64,000 nucleotides of DNA from a virus (taxonomy: Duplodnaviria > Caudoviricetes). How positions within the stretch are numbered: position 1 is the first letter of the stretch; each line of letters starts with the position of its first letter. A program made the translations under genes and the position numbers. Below are positions 1 to 9,395 of this stretch, piece by piece. A model generated the notes under the pieces. The model was not told where the DNA came from and did no database searches. It saw only the letters and a program-made list of their open reading frames with translations. The stretch spans positions 1-64,000 of the IMG/VR virus record IMGVR_UViG_3300045002_000015, one strand, 5' to 3'.

Positions 1-91
1 ACTCAGCCGGTGGTGCGGCCAGATAGATCATCTCGGTCGATGGATTGGCGGTCTGCCAGTAGACCGTGAACACCATGCGCAGGTGGGTCAT
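1..91 (-). CDS. Hypothetical phage protein, 5' part only (runs off window)
   Basis: ATG at 91 overlaps TGA of 88..657 and follows GGAGG; reads MTHLRMVFTVYWQTANPSTEMIYLAAPPAE. Confidence 0.4.
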   Translation of the reverse strand, partial: MTHLRMVFTVYWQTANPSTEMIYLAAPPAE

Positions 92-657
92 CCGTTCCTC
101 CGGCTTCGCACAATGAACGTGACGGCCCGCCGCATCTGGCCAGTGTCGATCAGCGGTTTGAGGTTCGCCTGTCCCCAAGCCACGACGTCCTGCCCGGCCC
201 GCCGCATGCGGCGCAGCCGGGTCTGCCCGGCCTTGGTTTTGCGCAGCCGCGCGATGATGGTGCGTTCGGAGAGCGGCGCGAACGGACCGGTGGTGATCTT
301 CTGCTGCGCCCCGGTCGCCCCGGTCTGACCGGCCGCGCGTAACGCATTCAGCATGCCGTCACCATCGCCGCGCAGCGCCAGCGTGCCGGCCTGGCGCAGG
401 TAGCGCTGGATTTGATCCAGCTTGTCCGCCACGCCGGGGCGAAGCCAGGGCCGCGCCGGCAGGTTATGCTCGGGGACGCCGTGCTCGTGCACGTAGCCGA
501 GCAGGGCGTTCGAAGCCGTGCCGGTGCGCGCGCTGGTATCGGCGGGGATGCCGACCAGCACCTCCTTCGCCGCCAACTCGGCGATGCGCCGTTGAATGAC
601 GGCGCGGTTGTCCACGACGCGCTGAACCTGCTGGCGGACGATGGGCCGCGTGGCCAT
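88..657 (-). CDS. Virion morphogenesis / tail-completion protein (HK97 gp10 / Mu gpG-like)
   Basis: VLVGIP, HEHGVPEHNLPARPWLRPG and KPLIDTGQMRRAVTF motifs; lies downstream of head-tail adaptor. Confidence 0.65.
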   Translation of the reverse strand: MATRPIVRQQVQRVVDNRAVIQRRIAELAAKEVLVGIPADTSARTGTASNALLGYVHEHGVPEHNLPARPWLRPGVADKLDQIQRYLRQAGTLALRGDGDGMLNALRAAGQTGATGAQQKITTGPFAPLSERTIIARLRKTKAGQTRLRRMRRAGQDVVAWGQANLKPLIDTGQMRRAVTFIVRSRRNG

Positions 658-658
658 G

Positions 659-883
659 CTAGATCAGCGACGCCCGCACCACGCGCCTGATCTTGTCGCA
701 GACATCGTCGGCCAGTTCCATCCTGACCTCGGCCGGGCATAGCGTGATCTCATGCGCGGTCAGGAAGCTGAACACCTGGATGTACTGCGCCGCCGACATG
801 TCCAACTGCCGCGCGGCTTCCTCGATCGCGCGGACATTCCGGAAGCCTTCATGCGCCGTCCGGCGATCGTATTCGGCGCCCAT
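659..883 (-). CDS. Hypothetical phage protein
   Basis: 74-aa ORF exactly filling the gap between flanking co-oriented genes. Confidence 0.5.
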   Translation of the reverse strand: MGAEYDRRTAHEGFRNVRAIEEAARQLDMSAAQYIQVFSFLTAHEITLCPAEVRMELADDVCDKIRRVVRASLI

Positions 884-1462
884 TCAGAACCCGCCGCCAT
901 AGGGCCAGTCGCCCATATCCGGGCCGGAGAAGCCCGGCCCGGAGAACGGCGGCAGCGGGCCATAGCCGATCTGCACGCCGCCCATACCGACCATCTGCGA
1001 CAAGCGATACCACTCCATGCCATAGGTCGTCAGACCCCAAAGCCCGCCGCCCTTGTCGGCCATCTGCGACAAGATTGAGGTGTCGTAGCTGGCCGAGACG
1101 GAGCCGACCGATTTCGATCCCATCGGGAAGGGGATGCGCCCAGCCATGCCGGACTTGCCGCGTTGATTGGCGAAGACCGCCAAATGGTGCGCGATAAATA
1201 GATAAACGCCCAGTTCGTAGTAGTCGCCCCAGCGGTAGGGATCGAGATTGTTGGTGGCGATGGTCAGCCACATCTGGCGCTGCGGCGCCGGGTAGCGCCC
1301 GGCGTCGTTGAATTCGGGAAAGGCGGCCAGGAACTTCGGATCGGAGACCACCGGCCCGGGGATCACGGCGGAGTCCGCTGTGACCGCCCCTTGGCCCTGG
1401 ATCGCGGCCGCGCCGGCCTCGATCACCTGGGCTTCGCCTTCGACGCTGCCAGTGCCGCTCAT
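884..1462 (-). CDS. DUF4054-family head-tail adaptor
   Basis: FLAAFPEF, LFIAHHL, SKSVGSVSASYD, WGLTTYGMEWYRL motifs; downstream of MCP. Confidence 0.8.
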   Translation of the reverse strand: MSGTGSVEGEAQVIEAGAAAIQGQGAVTADSAVIPGPVVSDPKFLAAFPEFNDAGRYPAPQRQMWLTIATNNLDPYRWGDYYELGVYLFIAHHLAVFANQRGKSGMAGRIPFPMGSKSVGSVSASYDTSILSQMADKGGGLWGLTTYGMEWYRLSQMVGMGGVQIGYGPLPPFSGPGFSGPDMGDWPYGGGF

Positions 1463-1959
1463 CGCCGGCCATCCAGCGCCCGGGCGAGCGTATCGCGGGC
1501 GCTGAGGCCATCGCGGACGCCCTTGCGCACCTGGGTAAAGAAGTCGCCGCCATTGGCCAGCTTTGCCTCCTCGGCGACCGCCAAGCCTTGCGAGAGCGCA
1601 TCGCCCGGCGACCTGCCGGCGCGCGCCGCATCGCCCACCGCGCGGATGAAGGCGGCGCGATCGCCGTGCTCCCGATGTGCTGTCATGGCTGCCTGTCCGA
1701 TCTGTTTGCGCCGCGCCGAGGCGGCAATGGCCCGCGCGCGCTCCTCGCTCAAACCCGGATGCTCGCGCCGGATCGCCGCCTCGATCTCGGCCGTTGGCTT
1801 GTCGCGCGAGCGCCGCGCGATGAAGGCATCGAGATAGCCGGCCGCATCGCCGCGGCGTTTGACGGCATAGGCGATCGCCACTGCCTGCTTTTGCGGTTTT
1901 CCTGCTTTCATCTCTTTGCGGATGATTTCCGACATGCTCATGCTGGGATCGAGCGGCAT
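1459..1959 (-). CDS. Conserved-type phage protein
   Basis: N-terminal IIRKEMKAGKPQKQAVAIAY motif typical of small phage head-cluster proteins; stop overlaps next start. Confidence 0.6.
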   Translation of the reverse strand: MPLDPSMSMSEIIRKEMKAGKPQKQAVAIAYAVKRRGDAAGYLDAFIARRSRDKPTAEIEAAIRREHPGLSEERARAIAASARRKQIGQAAMTAHREHGDRAAFIRAVGDAARAGRSPGDALSQGLAVAEEAKLANGGDFFTQVRKGVRDGLSARDTLARALDGRR

Positions 1960-1996
1960 TTGGAATACGCCTTTCGGGTTGAGAAGCAGACGGCGC

Positions 1997-2110
1997 TCAC
2001 CGAGGGCGACCGACGAGGTGAAACCACAGCCCGGAAAGCGCGAGCCCGAGCATCACCAGCACGCAGGCGATCCAGAACCACGACCAGCCATCCGCCGGGC
2101 GTTTGGCCAA
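1997..2110 (-). CDS. Small single-TM peptide (37 aa)
   Basis: TTG start directly after stop of 2111..2620; MAKRPADGWSWFWIACVLVMLGLALSGLWFHLVGRPR. Confidence 0.3.
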   Translation of the reverse strand: MAKRPADGWSWFWIACVLVMLGLALSGLWFHLVGRPR

Positions 2111-2620
2111 CTAGGCGGCCGGCGGTGAGGCGACGGTGCCTTCCTCGCTCTGCGGACCCTGCTGTTCGGCCTGCTTGCGCCGCGCGCGCGGCTTCGCGTC
2201 TTCGGGCAACTGCTGGCCCATCGCCTTCGCGACCTGCTCCTGCTGCTGGAATTCCTGCTCCTCGGCCTCCTCGGGCGATGGCTCAGGCTGCTCCTGCGAG
2301 GGCCGCTGATTGGGCCGGCGCGGCTGCACGCCCTGGTTGGCTTTGCGAAATTCGGAGCGCGCCTGCATGGCCGCCTGGTCGGCCACCTGGTCCTCGGCCG
2401 ACGTGCCGTGGCGGGTCGCCGCGGCATAGGCCGCCATCTGCGCCTCGTGCTGCGGCATACCGGGGCGGAACTGCGGCCGGAACGGCGCATCGGAATGCGC
2501 GCGCACGTAATGGCTGTTGGCGAGATCATCTTCCAGATCATACGTGCCGGGCGGGATGACCTCTTTGTAGCCGTCGGGATGCTGGTAGGTGAACTCCCGG
2601 ACGATGGTTACGGTGGCCAT
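2111..2620 (-). CDS. Phage head-associated protein with Q/E/P-rich tail
   Basis: RBS AAGGA; first gene after MCP; N-terminal beta-rich MATVTIVREFTYQHPDG. Confidence 0.6.
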   Translation of the reverse strand: MATVTIVREFTYQHPDGYKEVIPPGTYDLEDDLANSHYVRAHSDAPFRPQFRPGMPQHEAQMAAYAAATRHGTSAEDQVADQAAMQARSEFRKANQGVQPRRPNQRPSQEQPEPSPEEAEEQEFQQQEQVAKAMGQQLPEDAKPRARRKQAEQQGPQSEEGTVASPPAA

Positions 2621-2795
2621 GGCGGTTCCTTTCGGTTTCGACGAGCGAGGAAAAGCGCGAACGAATGCCGCGTGCTGACAATGCGACTAATGAGAAGGAA
2701 AGCTTGCGGAGGTGCGTGCTGGCCGAGCCGGTTGATTATTCTGCGTTGTTACAGCGTCCAAGGATCACTGTCGGCGGTCCAGCAAGCCGAAATTC

Positions 2796-3812
2796 CTAGA
2801 TGCCGTCGCGATACGAGATGGTCTCGGGATACACGAACTCGACGCAGCCGAGACGGCCCCAGTAGGTCGTGATCTGATAGATGGAGCGATATTCGAGCGG
2901 CGTGCGCTGCAACGGTACCAGCGGATAGCGTACCCGGTCGCGATCGCGCGTATAGGCAACCATCCGATCGAGACCGCCGGCGCCGAGGCCGGTCAGCCAC
3001 TTGACCGCCTGGATATTCAGCGGCCGACCGTTGGCGGCATTGCTGATCGAGTTGGCGCGCAGGAATTCCAGCACCGAGATATTGCCGGCGCTGGAGACCT
3101 TTTGCGACACCAGATAGCCGTACTGCGGGGGTGGCACGCGTAACTCGGACGGCACCACGGCAAAGCCGGAATTCGTCCATGTCGTGGTCAGGATTTCGTT
3201 GACGTCGGCCAATATCTGATCCGGCGTCTTGTTGGCCCATTGCGTCGTGCTGCCGGTGCCGGTCGCCGCGACGTTCGTTGTAGATACGACCGTATTGTTG
3301 AACAGGCCGTATTTCCCGTAGGTGGTGTCGCCGGTATACACCATCTCGTCGATATCCATCTGGTATTTCAGACGGAGACCGTCGTATTTTTGCGTGTCGA
3401 TCGGCCGGCCGATCTTCTGCGCCGAGGCAAGCTCGGGGAGCGTGTATTTCAGCTCCATGCCCCAGAGATACAGAGGATTGGTGGTCTTGCCGATATCAAG
3501 CGCCACGCCGGTGATCGCGTTGGTATCGGTGTTCATCCAAGCCTTGCCGGCAGGATTGATGCCGCCGGGCGAGGCGAACGTGGAATTGGTGAACGACGAC
3601 ACCTCGTCGGCCACCGTGACGTCCTCGCGCAGATCGATATCGCGACCCCAGGTGACCGTGGCCAGCGGCTCGTGCAGCGTCGGGTCGAGCCGTTCCAACT
3701 CTCCGATCAGAAAAGCGCCGGTGCTGTCGATCGTGAGTTGATCGAACGTCATCATCTCGTCGCGCGTGAAGATGCGACGCCGGGCCGGGATGATCGCGGG
3801 GCGCGACAGCAT
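2796..3812 (-). CDS. Major capsid protein (DUF2184 family)
   Basis: MTFDQLTIDSTGAFLIGELERLDPTLHEPL, TWGRDIDLREDV, C-terminal GCVEFVYPETISYRDGI; start at ATG 3812 after GGGGAG (3851 is an alternative). Confidence 0.9.
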   Translation of the reverse strand: MLSRPAIIPARRRIFTRDEMMTFDQLTIDSTGAFLIGELERLDPTLHEPLATVTWGRDIDLREDVTVADEVSSFTNSTFASPGGINPAGKAWMNTDTNAITGVALDIGKTTNPLYLWGMELKYTLPELASAQKIGRPIDTQKYDGLRLKYQMDIDEMVYTGDTTYGKYGLFNNTVVSTTNVAATGTGSTTQWANKTPDQILADVNEILTTTWTNSGFAVVPSELRVPPPQYGYLVSQKVSSAGNISVLEFLRANSISNAANGRPLNIQAVKWLTGLGAGGLDRMVAYTRDRDRVRYPLVPLQRTPLEYRSIYQITTYWGRLGCVEFVYPETISYRDGI

Positions 3813-3892
3813 GGTCGACTCCCCGTAATCGATTCTCGCCAAGTTGCTCATTGACGTGCCATTTCTCCTGTCAGCGGACCAAACACCCCGCG

Positions 3893-4390
3893 TTAGATGT
3901 TGAACATGATTTCGGTAATTCCGTTGGCATCCGCCGGCCCCATGAACTGCGCCGGGATGGCGAAGCCGTTGCCGGACGCGGGCGAGGCCGCTTCGAGCCC
4001 GCCCTGGATGTGCGAGCCGGTGGCGGTCTGCGACCAGACGTACACCGGCGCGCCCTTGACGGCGGCGACGCCGCCCGAGAGCACGACCGACATGTAACCG
4101 CGCCGCAGCACGTCGCACGGCCCAGAGGCGGGCGGTGTGCCGGTGTTGATCGGATCGGTCGACGCGTTGGCCGGAAAGGGACGCACCAGCAGGCCATAGA
4201 CTGCGCTGTCGGTCGCCGCGACGGCGCGCACCTGGTGGCTGGTGGCATCCATCACCACCGGGATGCCATAGGCGGCGGGATGGCCAGAGGAACCGCTTGG
4301 GGTGATAACCTGCGCCTCGACCGTGTGATGTTGAGCGCGATTAACGTCCCCCGCAATCCCCGCTGGCATGCGATATAGGAACGAAGCCAA
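3893..4390 (-). CDS. Capsid cement/decoration protein
   Basis: YRMPAGIAGDVNR, AYGIPVV, DVLRRGYMSV, FMGPADANGITEI; between protease and MCP; TTG start after AAGGAGG. Confidence 0.7.
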   Translation of the reverse strand: MASFLYRMPAGIAGDVNRAQHHTVEAQVITPSGSSGHPAAYGIPVVMDATSHQVRAVAATDSAVYGLLVRPFPANASTDPINTGTPPASGPCDVLRRGYMSVVLSGGVAAVKGAPVYVWSQTATGSHIQGGLEAASPASGNGFAIPAQFMGPADANGITEIMFNI

Positions 4391-4402
4391 AACGACCTCC
4401 TT

Positions 4403-6091
4403 TCAGTGGACCTGGTATTTCTCGCGGTTGCGCGCGTTGATCTCGGCCGGCGTCGGCGCCCGGCCGTTGCCGCGAACCCCCTGGCTGCTCGGCCGCACGC
4501 GGCCGAACTCGTGGTTGTTCGCCTGCCGCACCAGTTCGGAGGCGCCGTTGAAGACGTCGGCGATGCGGTCGCAGGACATCTGGCCGAAATTCGCCGTCCG
4601 GCCACCCAGCACGGCGTCGATGTAACCGTGCTTGGTCTGGTCGCGATACGCTGCGTTCAGCGCATTGCGCCGCACGGCGCACATCGCATCGTGCGTGGTT
4701 TGCGCCGGACGCGCGCCATCGAAGGTCGGCAAGGTCAGGCCGCCGGCCAGCAACTCGGCCCGCGCCATGGTCTCCTGGAACTCGGTACGCAGCGAGGTTG
4801 AGTCGCCCACGAACTGCTGCCGCGCGCCTTGCTGATCGCCGGTCATGCGGCGGCGGTCGCCGGTGCGCCTCCGGTCGCCGGTCTGGTTCGTGCCGGCGCC
4901 AAGCTGCGGGCCGTCACGCCCGCGGCCCTCGCTGCCCTCGCCATAGGTCAGCATGTTGTCCGGGTCCTGATCCGGCTCGTCCGATGGTGGCGAAGTCGGC
5001 GGCTCCTCGTCGCGCGAGCGGCGGTCGCGGACACGGCGCCGATCGCCCAGCATACGATCGCCGTTTTCCTCTTCGCCGAGGTCGCCATTGCCGTTGTCGT
5101 CGTCGCCCTGGGCCAGCAGCACGATCGCCTGCTCGATGCGGTCGAGGCGCTGCATGATCTCCTGCATCATCGGATTGGCGCCCGATGCCTGGCCGGTGGG
5201 CTTGGCGCCGATATCGGGATCGCCCTCCGGCTCGTCGCTCACGCCGCCGCCGCTGATCGATGGCGTGCTGCCGCTGCCGCCGCCATGCAGATTGATGGAG
5301 ACGTGGGTATCGCCGGTCCGGCCGTCCTCGCTCTTGGTGCCTTCGCCGGAGACCTGCTCGCCGAGCAATTCCGGGTCCTTGGCCAGTTCCTCAAGCTGAT
5401 CGTGAAACCCGCTCTCGTCGCGCGAGCGGAAAGCTGCGAGCAGCGCGTCACGTATGGAGCGCCGCCGCCCGTCATTGACACGCACCCGTGTCGCCATTTC
5501 CTCGTCTCCTATGCTGCATAAAGGCCCGCAACGCCCGCGATTGACGAGCGCCACGTGGTTGCCGACGATGCTGTATTGCCGGCCGACGCCATCGCCGGTC
5601 TGCTCGTATTCCGCGTCGTATCCCGCCGAGACTTCGCGCTTGCCGGTGCGGATATCGGCAATTGCCAGCGGATCGGTAATCAGCAGATCGGCGTACAGAA
5701 AGCTGTTGTCGAAATTGACGCCGTCGCCGCGCCGCGGATTGAGCACCACGCCCACCGCATACTGGCGATGATTGGTCGGCGTGACCTTTTCCGACGGGTG
5801 TTCGTTGGTGACCGGCTTGCCGTTGAACGAGGCGATGCTTTCGGGGCGGAACACCTCGCTGGCGTCGCGCTGGATGGTGATTAAACCATCCTTGCCGCGC
5901 AGCCCCGGCAGTTCGTGCTCACCGTAAAGCTGCTGGCCGATACGGGCGATGGGCGTCGCCTGGCAAAGCAGGAAGCCCTCGGGCGTGACCGATTGGTGTT
6001 CGCCAAGCGCCTCGGTCGTGTAGAAGCGTTTCGGCTCCGGCGACCGTCCGGCCGGCGCTAGCAGTTCCTCCACCTCGGTGGTATCGCGCAT
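4403..6091 (-). CDS. DUF2213 prohead protease / scaffold protein
   Basis: TPEGFLLCQATPIARIG, SFNGKPVTNEHP, REVSAGYDAEY, GNHVALVNRGRCGPLCSIGD; low-complexity scaffold C-terminal half. Confidence 0.85.
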   Translation of the reverse strand: MRDTTEVEELLAPAGRSPEPKRFYTTEALGEHQSVTPEGFLLCQATPIARIGQQLYGEHELPGLRGKDGLITIQRDASEVFRPESIASFNGKPVTNEHPSEKVTPTNHRQYAVGVVLNPRRGDGVNFDNSFLYADLLITDPLAIADIRTGKREVSAGYDAEYEQTGDGVGRQYSIVGNHVALVNRGRCGPLCSIGDEEMATRVRVNDGRRRSIRDALLAAFRSRDESGFHDQLEELAKDPELLGEQVSGEGTKSEDGRTGDTHVSINLHGGGSGSTPSISGGGVSDEPEGDPDIGAKPTGQASGANPMMQEIMQRLDRIEQAIVLLAQGDDDNGNGDLGEEENGDRMLGDRRRVRDRRSRDEEPPTSPPSDEPDQDPDNMLTYGEGSEGRGRDGPQLGAGTNQTGDRRRTGDRRRMTGDQQGARQQFVGDSTSLRTEFQETMARAELLAGGLTLPTFDGARPAQTTHDAMCAVRRNALNAAYRDQTKHGYIDAVLGGRTANFGQMSCDRIADVFNGASELVRQANNHEFGRVRPSSQGVRGNGRAPTPAEINARNREKYQVH

Positions 6092-6242
6092 CGCGGCAGG
6101 CGCTCCGAAAAAGGGGTTCCGCCGGGCGGCGGTGCATCGCTAGGATCGGGCCGGGAGGAGTGCCTTCATGCCCCGGCGTTCAGCGGCCACGCGCGCGGCC
6201 TTACGCGACTATGCGGCGGCGCTGCGCGGATACAGTTACCTG

Positions 6243-6506
6243 CTACGCGCGGAGTGTGATATCTTGCGCCGCTATTGCGCGATGGCGCAGCGCCATGCCC
6301 GGCTCGCGCTCAAGGGATGCGAAGAACATCAGCAGCAGCGGGAGCAGGACGATAGTGTAGGCGACGACAGACCAGACGCCGGAGACCACGATGTAGCTGG
6401 CGATCTCGCCAGCGGGCGGCAGCATCAGCACGCGCACCACGTAGATACATACAAACCATAGCGCCGCGAGATACAAGGCGACGGCGATGTGAAACGCCAT
6501 CACCAT
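6243..6506 (-). CDS. Small two-TM membrane protein
   Basis: Two hydrophobic stretches; co-oriented with operon. Confidence 0.45.
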   Translation of the reverse strand: MVMAFHIAVALYLAALWFVCIYVVRVLMLPPAGEIASYIVVSGVWSVVAYTIVLLPLLLMFFASLEREPGMALRHRAIAAQDITLRA

Positions 6507-6524
6507 TGCCGCCGCTCTCGGCCA

Positions 6525-6818
6525 TCATCGATGCCGCAACGCGGCCTCCAGCGAGGGATAGGTCAGACAGGCGCAGCCGTAGCCGTGCGGCCAGTTCTGC
6601 CGGGCATCATCCAGCGCCACCGAGGTCCAGGCCGCATTGCCGAGGATCAGATCGTGCGGCCCGAGCAGCCGATGGCCGTCGTATTTGCGGAAGACATCGC
6701 CCTTGCGAAGCTCGCCGAACCGGCAGCGCCGCCACGCGCCGCGCCATCGGTCGTAACGCATCACTCTCGCGCGGTCGGCGGACGGCGTTTCCCGCCAGTT
6801 GCTCAAAAGGACCGCCAA
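6525..6818 (-). CDS. Hypothetical protein
   Basis: 97-aa co-oriented ORF; start uncertain. Confidence 0.4.
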   Translation of the reverse strand: MAVLLSNWRETPSADRARVMRYDRWRGAWRRCRFGELRKGDVFRKYDGHRLLGPHDLILGNAAWTSVALDDARQNWPHGYGCACLTYPSLEAALRHR

Positions 6819-6997
6819 GGGCCGGCGAAGCCGCCGATCACAATGGCAATAATGATCACCAGCAGGACGATCCAGAGCAGGTTGCCGCCCGCGCCCGGTG
6901 CGCCGCTATAGCCGCCATACCAGCCGGAGCGGTAGCCGTAGAAGCCGCCACCGCCGAAGATCAGCAGCAGCAGGATGATCAGCAGAATCCAGCCCAT
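6803..6997 (-). CDS. DUF3309-like small membrane protein
   Basis: MGWILLIILLLLIFGGGGFYGYRSGWYGG...LLWIVLLVIII pattern; strong RBS GAGGAGG. Confidence 0.7.
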   Translation of the reverse strand: MGWILLIILLLLIFGGGGFYGYRSGWYGGYSGAPGAGGNLLWIVLLVIIIAIVIGGFAGPWRSF

Positions 6998-7008
6998 AAT
7001 GCACCTCC

Positions 7009-7932
7009 TCAGGGCGCGTCGGGCGGATCGCCGCCGCGCTTGACCTCGACTTCCTCGTGCCGGACGGTGTCGCGGATGGTCTCCGTGTGCTCGACGGGCT
7101 CGCGGCTGATCACCACTTCCTCGGCCACATGCGCGGACTTCTGCGCCACCGGCTCCTCGCCCGTCTCGTGGACTTCCACGGTCTTCTCTTCGAAATGCTG
7201 GCCGGGCTCGGCCACACCGCCGGTGACCGGCGCGCGGCGCTCGACGGTGACGCGCTCGCCTTGCAAGGTCACGTCCTGGGTCACCGGCTTTTCGACGACG
7301 TAGCGGTGCACCACGTGAGTCCCGAGATTCACCGGCCGCTTGCCGACCTTCAGTTCCTCACGGGCCAGCGGGATCACCGCCTCTTCGGTAACTGGCGGTG
7401 CAGCGGGAACAGCAGCTTCGTCCAGCGCCGCCGGCTCGAGGCCAGGCGTCGTGGCCCGCGGCTCGACCGGCGAAGCCGTGGCGGGCGGAACAACGGACGC
7501 GGTGCTGGCCGGGGTCTCAAGCGCGGTTGCCTCGGGGCTGGTGGGTACCGGATCATCCAGCCGCGTCGGCGTGCTGGCGGGCGCGATGGTGGCGTACGGC
7601 TCCGGCTCCGGCGTGATCTCGACCGGGTTGTGACTGTGCAGAATATCCATGACATGCGTGCTGGTCGGCGGGACCAGCTCGGCGATGCTGACGGTCAGCA
7701 CCGCATAGCCGCGCTGAAGGTAATTGTCGTAAGGCGAGTCCGCGGCGTACGGTTCCTCGTCCTCGCCCAGCAGCCAACTCCAGAAACCGCGCTCGGGCTT
7801 GGCGTGTGCGGTCACCGTCGTTGCCGTATCGTAGCGCCGGATCGCGCCGGCCGGGACACCGGCGGTCAGCAACTCGGTCTCGGCCTCACGCGCCTCGAGC
7901 GTGGTCGGGTAGACCGCCACATAGTGTTCCAT
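7009..7932 (-). CDS. YsnF/AvaK (DUF2382) domain general stress protein
   Basis: VIPLAREELKVGKR, RYVVEKPVTQDVTLQGERVTVERR, FEEKTVEVHETGEEPVAQK, ETIRDTVRHEEVEV; start at ATG 7932 after GGAGGG. Confidence 0.85.
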   Translation of the reverse strand: MEHYVAVYPTTLEAREAETELLTAGVPAGAIRRYDTATTVTAHAKPERGFWSWLLGEDEEPYAADSPYDNYLQRGYAVLTVSIAELVPPTSTHVMDILHSHNPVEITPEPEPYATIAPASTPTRLDDPVPTSPEATALETPASTASVVPPATASPVEPRATTPGLEPAALDEAAVPAAPPVTEEAVIPLAREELKVGKRPVNLGTHVVHRYVVEKPVTQDVTLQGERVTVERRAPVTGGVAEPGQHFEEKTVEVHETGEEPVAQKSAHVAEEVVISREPVEHTETIRDTVRHEEVEVKRGGDPPDAP

Positions 7933-7963
7933 GGTAAGACCCTCCGGAAGGAGACAGCGGTAA

Positions 7964-8422
7964 ATGGCCGACAAATGGGATGATGACACACGCGCGGTCG
8001 ATGCCGCGCTCGACGCCATGATCGCCGCCAGCGGTGGTGTCATGCAGATCGATTTCTTCGGGCCGCGCCAGTTGATCGAGCTATCTCGAAGCATCCAGTC
8101 AGGCGACAAACGCCACCTGACAGTGGCACTGGCCGTGTTTCGCACCCTCAAGAATGTCATGACCGCCGAGCGTCCGAGCGACGGCCCGCAATGTCTGCTC
8201 TGCGACGCGCGGCTGTGGTCTCACAATCCGCCGAAAGGGATTGCGATCGCGCAGCCCGCGATCCCGCGGCCCGACCAGGCCATAGCGAGCCTGATCTGCC
8301 AACCCTGCCACGATCGGCACGTGCGAGAGGACGATCTGATCGCGGCGATGTTCGACGGCTATCGAAAATTGTTTCCTAGCGCCCGCCGCATCGTGGTCCA
8401 CGAGCAGGCCGGCCGGGCGTAA
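7964..8422 (+). CDS. Hypothetical protein with two CxxC motifs (possible Zn-binding)
   Basis: RBS GAAGGAG; CLLC and CQPC; converges on MuF stop. Confidence 0.6.
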   Translation: MADKWDDDTRAVDAALDAMIAASGGVMQIDFFGPRQLIELSRSIQSGDKRHLTVALAVFRTLKNVMTAERPSDGPQCLLCDARLWSHNPPKGIAIAQPAIPRPDQAIASLICQPCHDRHVREDDLIAAMFDGYRKLFPSARRIVVHEQAGRA

Positions 8423-8426
8423 GCTC

Positions 8427-9242
8427 TCACGCCGTATAACTGGCCGGCAGCACCGGTTCGCAAATGCATCTACAGCGGTATATACAGCCAGGCAAGGCGC
8501 GCTCGCCGCGCGTGCCGGCGATCGGCGGCTCGTCCCAGCGATGAAAGGTGCCATCCAGTTTGCGGTGGCTGCCGCGCTCCAGCGTGTTCAGCCGGGCGAA
8601 GTCGGGCGAGCCGATCTCCGGGCGGGTTTTGTAATCCATCACCGCCCGCCAGATAAATCCCTCGCTGCCGAGCGCCTGTGCGCGCACCCGCTGGAACGTG
8701 GTCGCCGCCCGGCCCACCTCGGTCACCGCAATCAGTTCCGCCTTGCTCCGGCTCACGTCCGCCTGGCGGCGGATTTCCGCAGCGATCTCGCCCGCCCGCC
8801 GGCCCTCATACAGCGCCGCCGTCGCCAGTTCATGCACCCGCTTCGCCGCATCGAGCGGTATCGAGGTGATCAGGTCCACCTGCCGCGCCATGAGGTCCTG
8901 GTAGGCACCGCCGATCGGGGCGCTGTTCAGTTCCGCCTCGATCGCCTCACCGAGAAGCCGCGCGTGCCGCCGCCAGGCGCGCCTGTCACGGCGCGCGGTT
9001 TCGGCCAGCATCCTTGCCGCCACCGCCCGCGCCCAAGGCGCCAGGACCGCCGCGTAGCGCTGTAGCGTGGCCACCAGGGCGGCGACCTGCGTCGCATCCT
9101 CGGGGTCGAACCCGCTGGCCACGTGGCCGACCTGCTGGGCGATCTTGCGAAGCTGCGCCCGGTAATAGCGCTCGCCGGCCGCCCGGACGCGCTGCCAGAC
9201 CGCCCGCTGGCGGCGGGTCTCGCGCCGGAGCGGTTCGGCCAT
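8427..9242 (-). CDS. Phage head morphogenesis protein (SPP1 gp7 / Mu gpF)
   Basis: AELIAVTEVGRA, FIWRAVMDYKTRP, HRKLDGTFHRWDEPP, PGCIYRCRC. Confidence 0.9.
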   Translation of the reverse strand: MAEPLRRETRRQRAVWQRVRAAGERYYRAQLRKIAQQVGHVASGFDPEDATQVAALVATLQRYAAVLAPWARAVAARMLAETARRDRRAWRRHARLLGEAIEAELNSAPIGGAYQDLMARQVDLITSIPLDAAKRVHELATAALYEGRRAGEIAAEIRRQADVSRSKAELIAVTEVGRAATTFQRVRAQALGSEGFIWRAVMDYKTRPEIGSPDFARLNTLERGSHRKLDGTFHRWDEPPIAGTRGERALPGCIYRCRCICEPVLPASYTA

Positions 9243-9251
9243 CCGGTCAGG

Positions 9252-9395
9252 CTAGCGGCGCGACCATTTGCGCCGCAGCGCGTCGAGCACCCTGCGGCCG
9301 GCGCCGCGCGCGTCCTCGACGTTCCGGTCCTCGGCTTCCTGCGCCGGCTGCCATTCATCGAGCGCGCGGATGCCGAAAATGTCGACGACCAGCAT
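9252..9395 (-). CDS. Small hypothetical protein
   Basis: ATG overlaps TGA of response regulator (TGATG); 47 aa. Confidence 0.35.
   Translation of the reverse strand: MLVVDIFGIRALDEWQPAQEAEDRNVEDARGAGRRVLDALRRKWSRR

Noticed and set aside
2621-2795. Riboswitch or ncRNA in the intergenic gap after MCP
   Set aside because: Only weak complementarity and no recognisable family motif
3813-4118. N-terminal extension of the MCP ORF and a MARQ* mini-ORF after GGAGA at about 3862
   Set aside because: The extension overlaps the cement gene; a good RBS precedes ATG 3812; no evidence for a frameshift
6168-6461. Plus-strand ORF with GGAGGAG RBS
   Set aside because: Largely overlaps the opposite-strand membrane ORF and its second half looks like shadow translation; unresolved, not listed
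7933-8160. Upstream extension of the YsnF ORF
   Set aside because: Overlaps the plus-strand gene at 7964; RBS supports 7932
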